Positions 61,970 through 64,000 of a DNA stretch of 64,000 nt are shown piece after piece. Positions within the stretch are counted from its first letter, which is position 1. Each line of letters begins with the position of its first letter. The position numbers and the translations under genes were made by a program. The notes below the pieces were generated by a model. That model made no database searches, was not told where the DNA came from, and saw nothing but the letters and a program-made list of their open reading frames with translations. The DNA comes from Octopus sinensis (lineage: Eukaryota), in the NCBI RefSeq assembly GCF_006345805.1, contig NC_043021.1, positions 4,464,001 to 4,528,000 on the forward strand, written 5' to 3'.

Positions 61970-62543
61970 GTCAAACCATATGTGTGTGTGTGTCTGTGTG
62001 CGAGTGTGTGTACACAAGTAAATGGACTACCGAAAGTGGCACTCAGCGCATTCGGTTTCCTATGCTTGACGAGCTAGGTTCGTGTAAAGCGCCCACAAAA
62101 CTCGAATTGAATGGAAATGAAGAAAAAAAACAAAACTGGTACGTATGTATATATGACACAAAACAGGAAGTTGGGACAATTTATCGCTATTATTTATTGA
62201 TCATGACCTGTTTCATCTACTAATAGGGAATTACAGAGTTTACAGACATATATATATATAATATATATATAACGTCAAACCATATGTGTGTGTGTGTCTG
62301 TGTGCGAGTGTGTGTACACAAGTAAATGGACTAACGAAAGTGGCACTCAGCGCATTCGGTTACCTATGCTTGACGAGCTAGGTTCGTGTAAAGCGCCCAC
62401 AAAACTCTAAATTGCATGGAACTGAAAAGAAAAAAACAAACTGGTACGTATGTATATATGACAAAACAGGAAGTTGGACAATTTATTGCTATTATTTATT
62501 GACCATGACACATGTTTCGTCTGCTAATAGGAATTACAGAGTT

Positions 62544-62582
<39 letters not shown>

Positions 62583-62862
62583 GTCAAACCATATGTGTGT
62601 GTGTCTGTGTGCGAGTGTGTGTACACAAGTAAATGGACTAACAAAAGTGGCACTCAGCGCATTCGGTTACCTATGCTTGACGAGCTAGGTTCGTGTAAAG
62701 CGCCCACAAAACTCTAAATTGAATGGAACTGAAAAAAAAAAAAAAAAAAACAAACTGGTACGTATGTATATATAACAAAACAGGAAGTTGGACAATTTAT
62801 CGCTATTATTTATTGATCATGACACATGTTTCGTCTGCTAATAGGAATTACAGAGTTTACAT
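61970..62862. repeat. Tandem triplication of an about 305-bp unit
   Basis: Units start at gtcaaaccatatg 61970, 62274 and 62583. Confidence 0.92.
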
Positions 62863-62888
62863 GTTAGATAAACATATAAAGAATTTAT

Positions 62889-63118
62889 AGGCGGCGAGCT
62901 GGCAGAAACGTTAGCACGCCGGGCGAAATGCGTAGCTGTATTTTCGTCTGGCGTTACGTTTTGAGTTCAAATTCCGCCGAGGTCGACTTTGCCTTTCATC
63001 CTTTCGGGGTCGATAGATTAAGTACCAGTTACGCACTGGGGTCGATGTAATCGACTTGATCCGTTTGTCTGTCCTTGTTTGTTCCCTCTGTGTTTAGCCC
63101 CTTGTGGGTAGTAAAGAA
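62889..63118 (+). mobile_element. SINE family A copy
   Basis: ggcggcgagctggcagaaacgttagc head and full body. Confidence 0.85.
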
Positions 63119-63414
63119 TAATATAAAGAATTTTCTATTGGGAATTCTTCAGACAGAGAAATTTAAAAAGATATATTCGTAATGAAACATATGTAATGGT
63201 GACTAAAGAGTTCCAATAAACTTTCAACTTCCTGTTTAGATAAAACAAGAACTCTTCAAATGATATTTCCAGAAATTTCAACTTTGATATGTACTCTACA
63301 CCTACGAAGCAGCATATTGAATTGTAATAATGAACTAAGTAGATGTCATTCAAGAGGAAACAGCTGGAATTTTACCCGACCTACATACATTATATATATA
63401 TATATATATATACG

Positions 63415-63653
63415 TACTCTTTTACTCTTTTACTTGTTTCAGTCATTTGACTGCGGCCATGCTGGAGCACCGCCTTTAGTCGAGCAAATCGACCCCGGGA
63501 CTTATTCTTTGTAAGCCCAGTACTTATTCTAGCGGTCTCTTTTGCCGAACCGCTAAGTGACGGGGATGTAAACACACCAGCTTCGGTTGTCAAGCAATGC
63601 TAGGGGAACAAACACAGACACCCAAACATATACATACACACACACACACACAC

Positions 63654-63689
<36 letters not shown>

Positions 63690-63692
63690 CCC

Positions 63693-63738
<46 letters not shown>

Positions 63739-63982
63739 ATTATATTATATATATATATATATTATATATATATATATATATAATATATATATTACATATA
63801 TATATATATATATATATATATTCGACAGGCTTTTCAGTTCCGTCTACCAAATCCACTCACAAAGGCATTGGTCGGCCCGGGGCTATGCAGAGAAGACACT
63901 TGCCCCAGATGCACGCAGTGGGACTGAACAGGAACCATGTGGCTGGTAAGCAAGCTACTTACCACACAGCCACTCCTGCGCC
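63415..63982 (-). mobile_element. SINE family B, full-length, expanded internal microsatellite
   Basis: Same structure as other B copies. Confidence 0.8.
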
Positions 63983-64000
63983 TATAATATATATATAATA

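Overview
AT-rich, microsatellite- and SINE-dense animal genomic DNA; repeat content and intron style look like a coleoid cephalopod (octopus), which is an inference. Two spliced genes converge tail-to-tail. USP30 (mitochondrial deubiquitinase) is on the + strand, 8 exons at 1-17520, 5'-truncated, with a Cys-His-Ser triad. An ovo/shavenbaby/OVOL-type SNAG plus 4xC2H2 factor is on the - strand, 5 coding exons at 52811-28599, 375 aa. The rest is transposon-derived: four recurring SINE-like families, decayed RTE, R4/Dong-like, Penelope-like and mariner elements, hAT MITEs with 8-bp TSDs, non-autonomous Helitron-like elements, foldbacks, a 41-bp minisatellite and a 100-N gap. Three observations stand out. 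(1) A canonical minimal type I hammerhead ribozyme at 38523-38565 sits inside an 86-bp inverted repeat, and five further hammerhead-like variants occur in small elements mostly nested in (TA)n. (2) Inverted Helitron-like copies tightly bracket ovo exons 2-3, a 306-nt phase-symmetric, stop-free cassette, predicting a circRNA and an in-frame skipped isoform. (3) SINE concatemers share one identical junction at four loci. All coordinates were read by eye; repeat boundaries are approximate unless a TSD or terminus is given.
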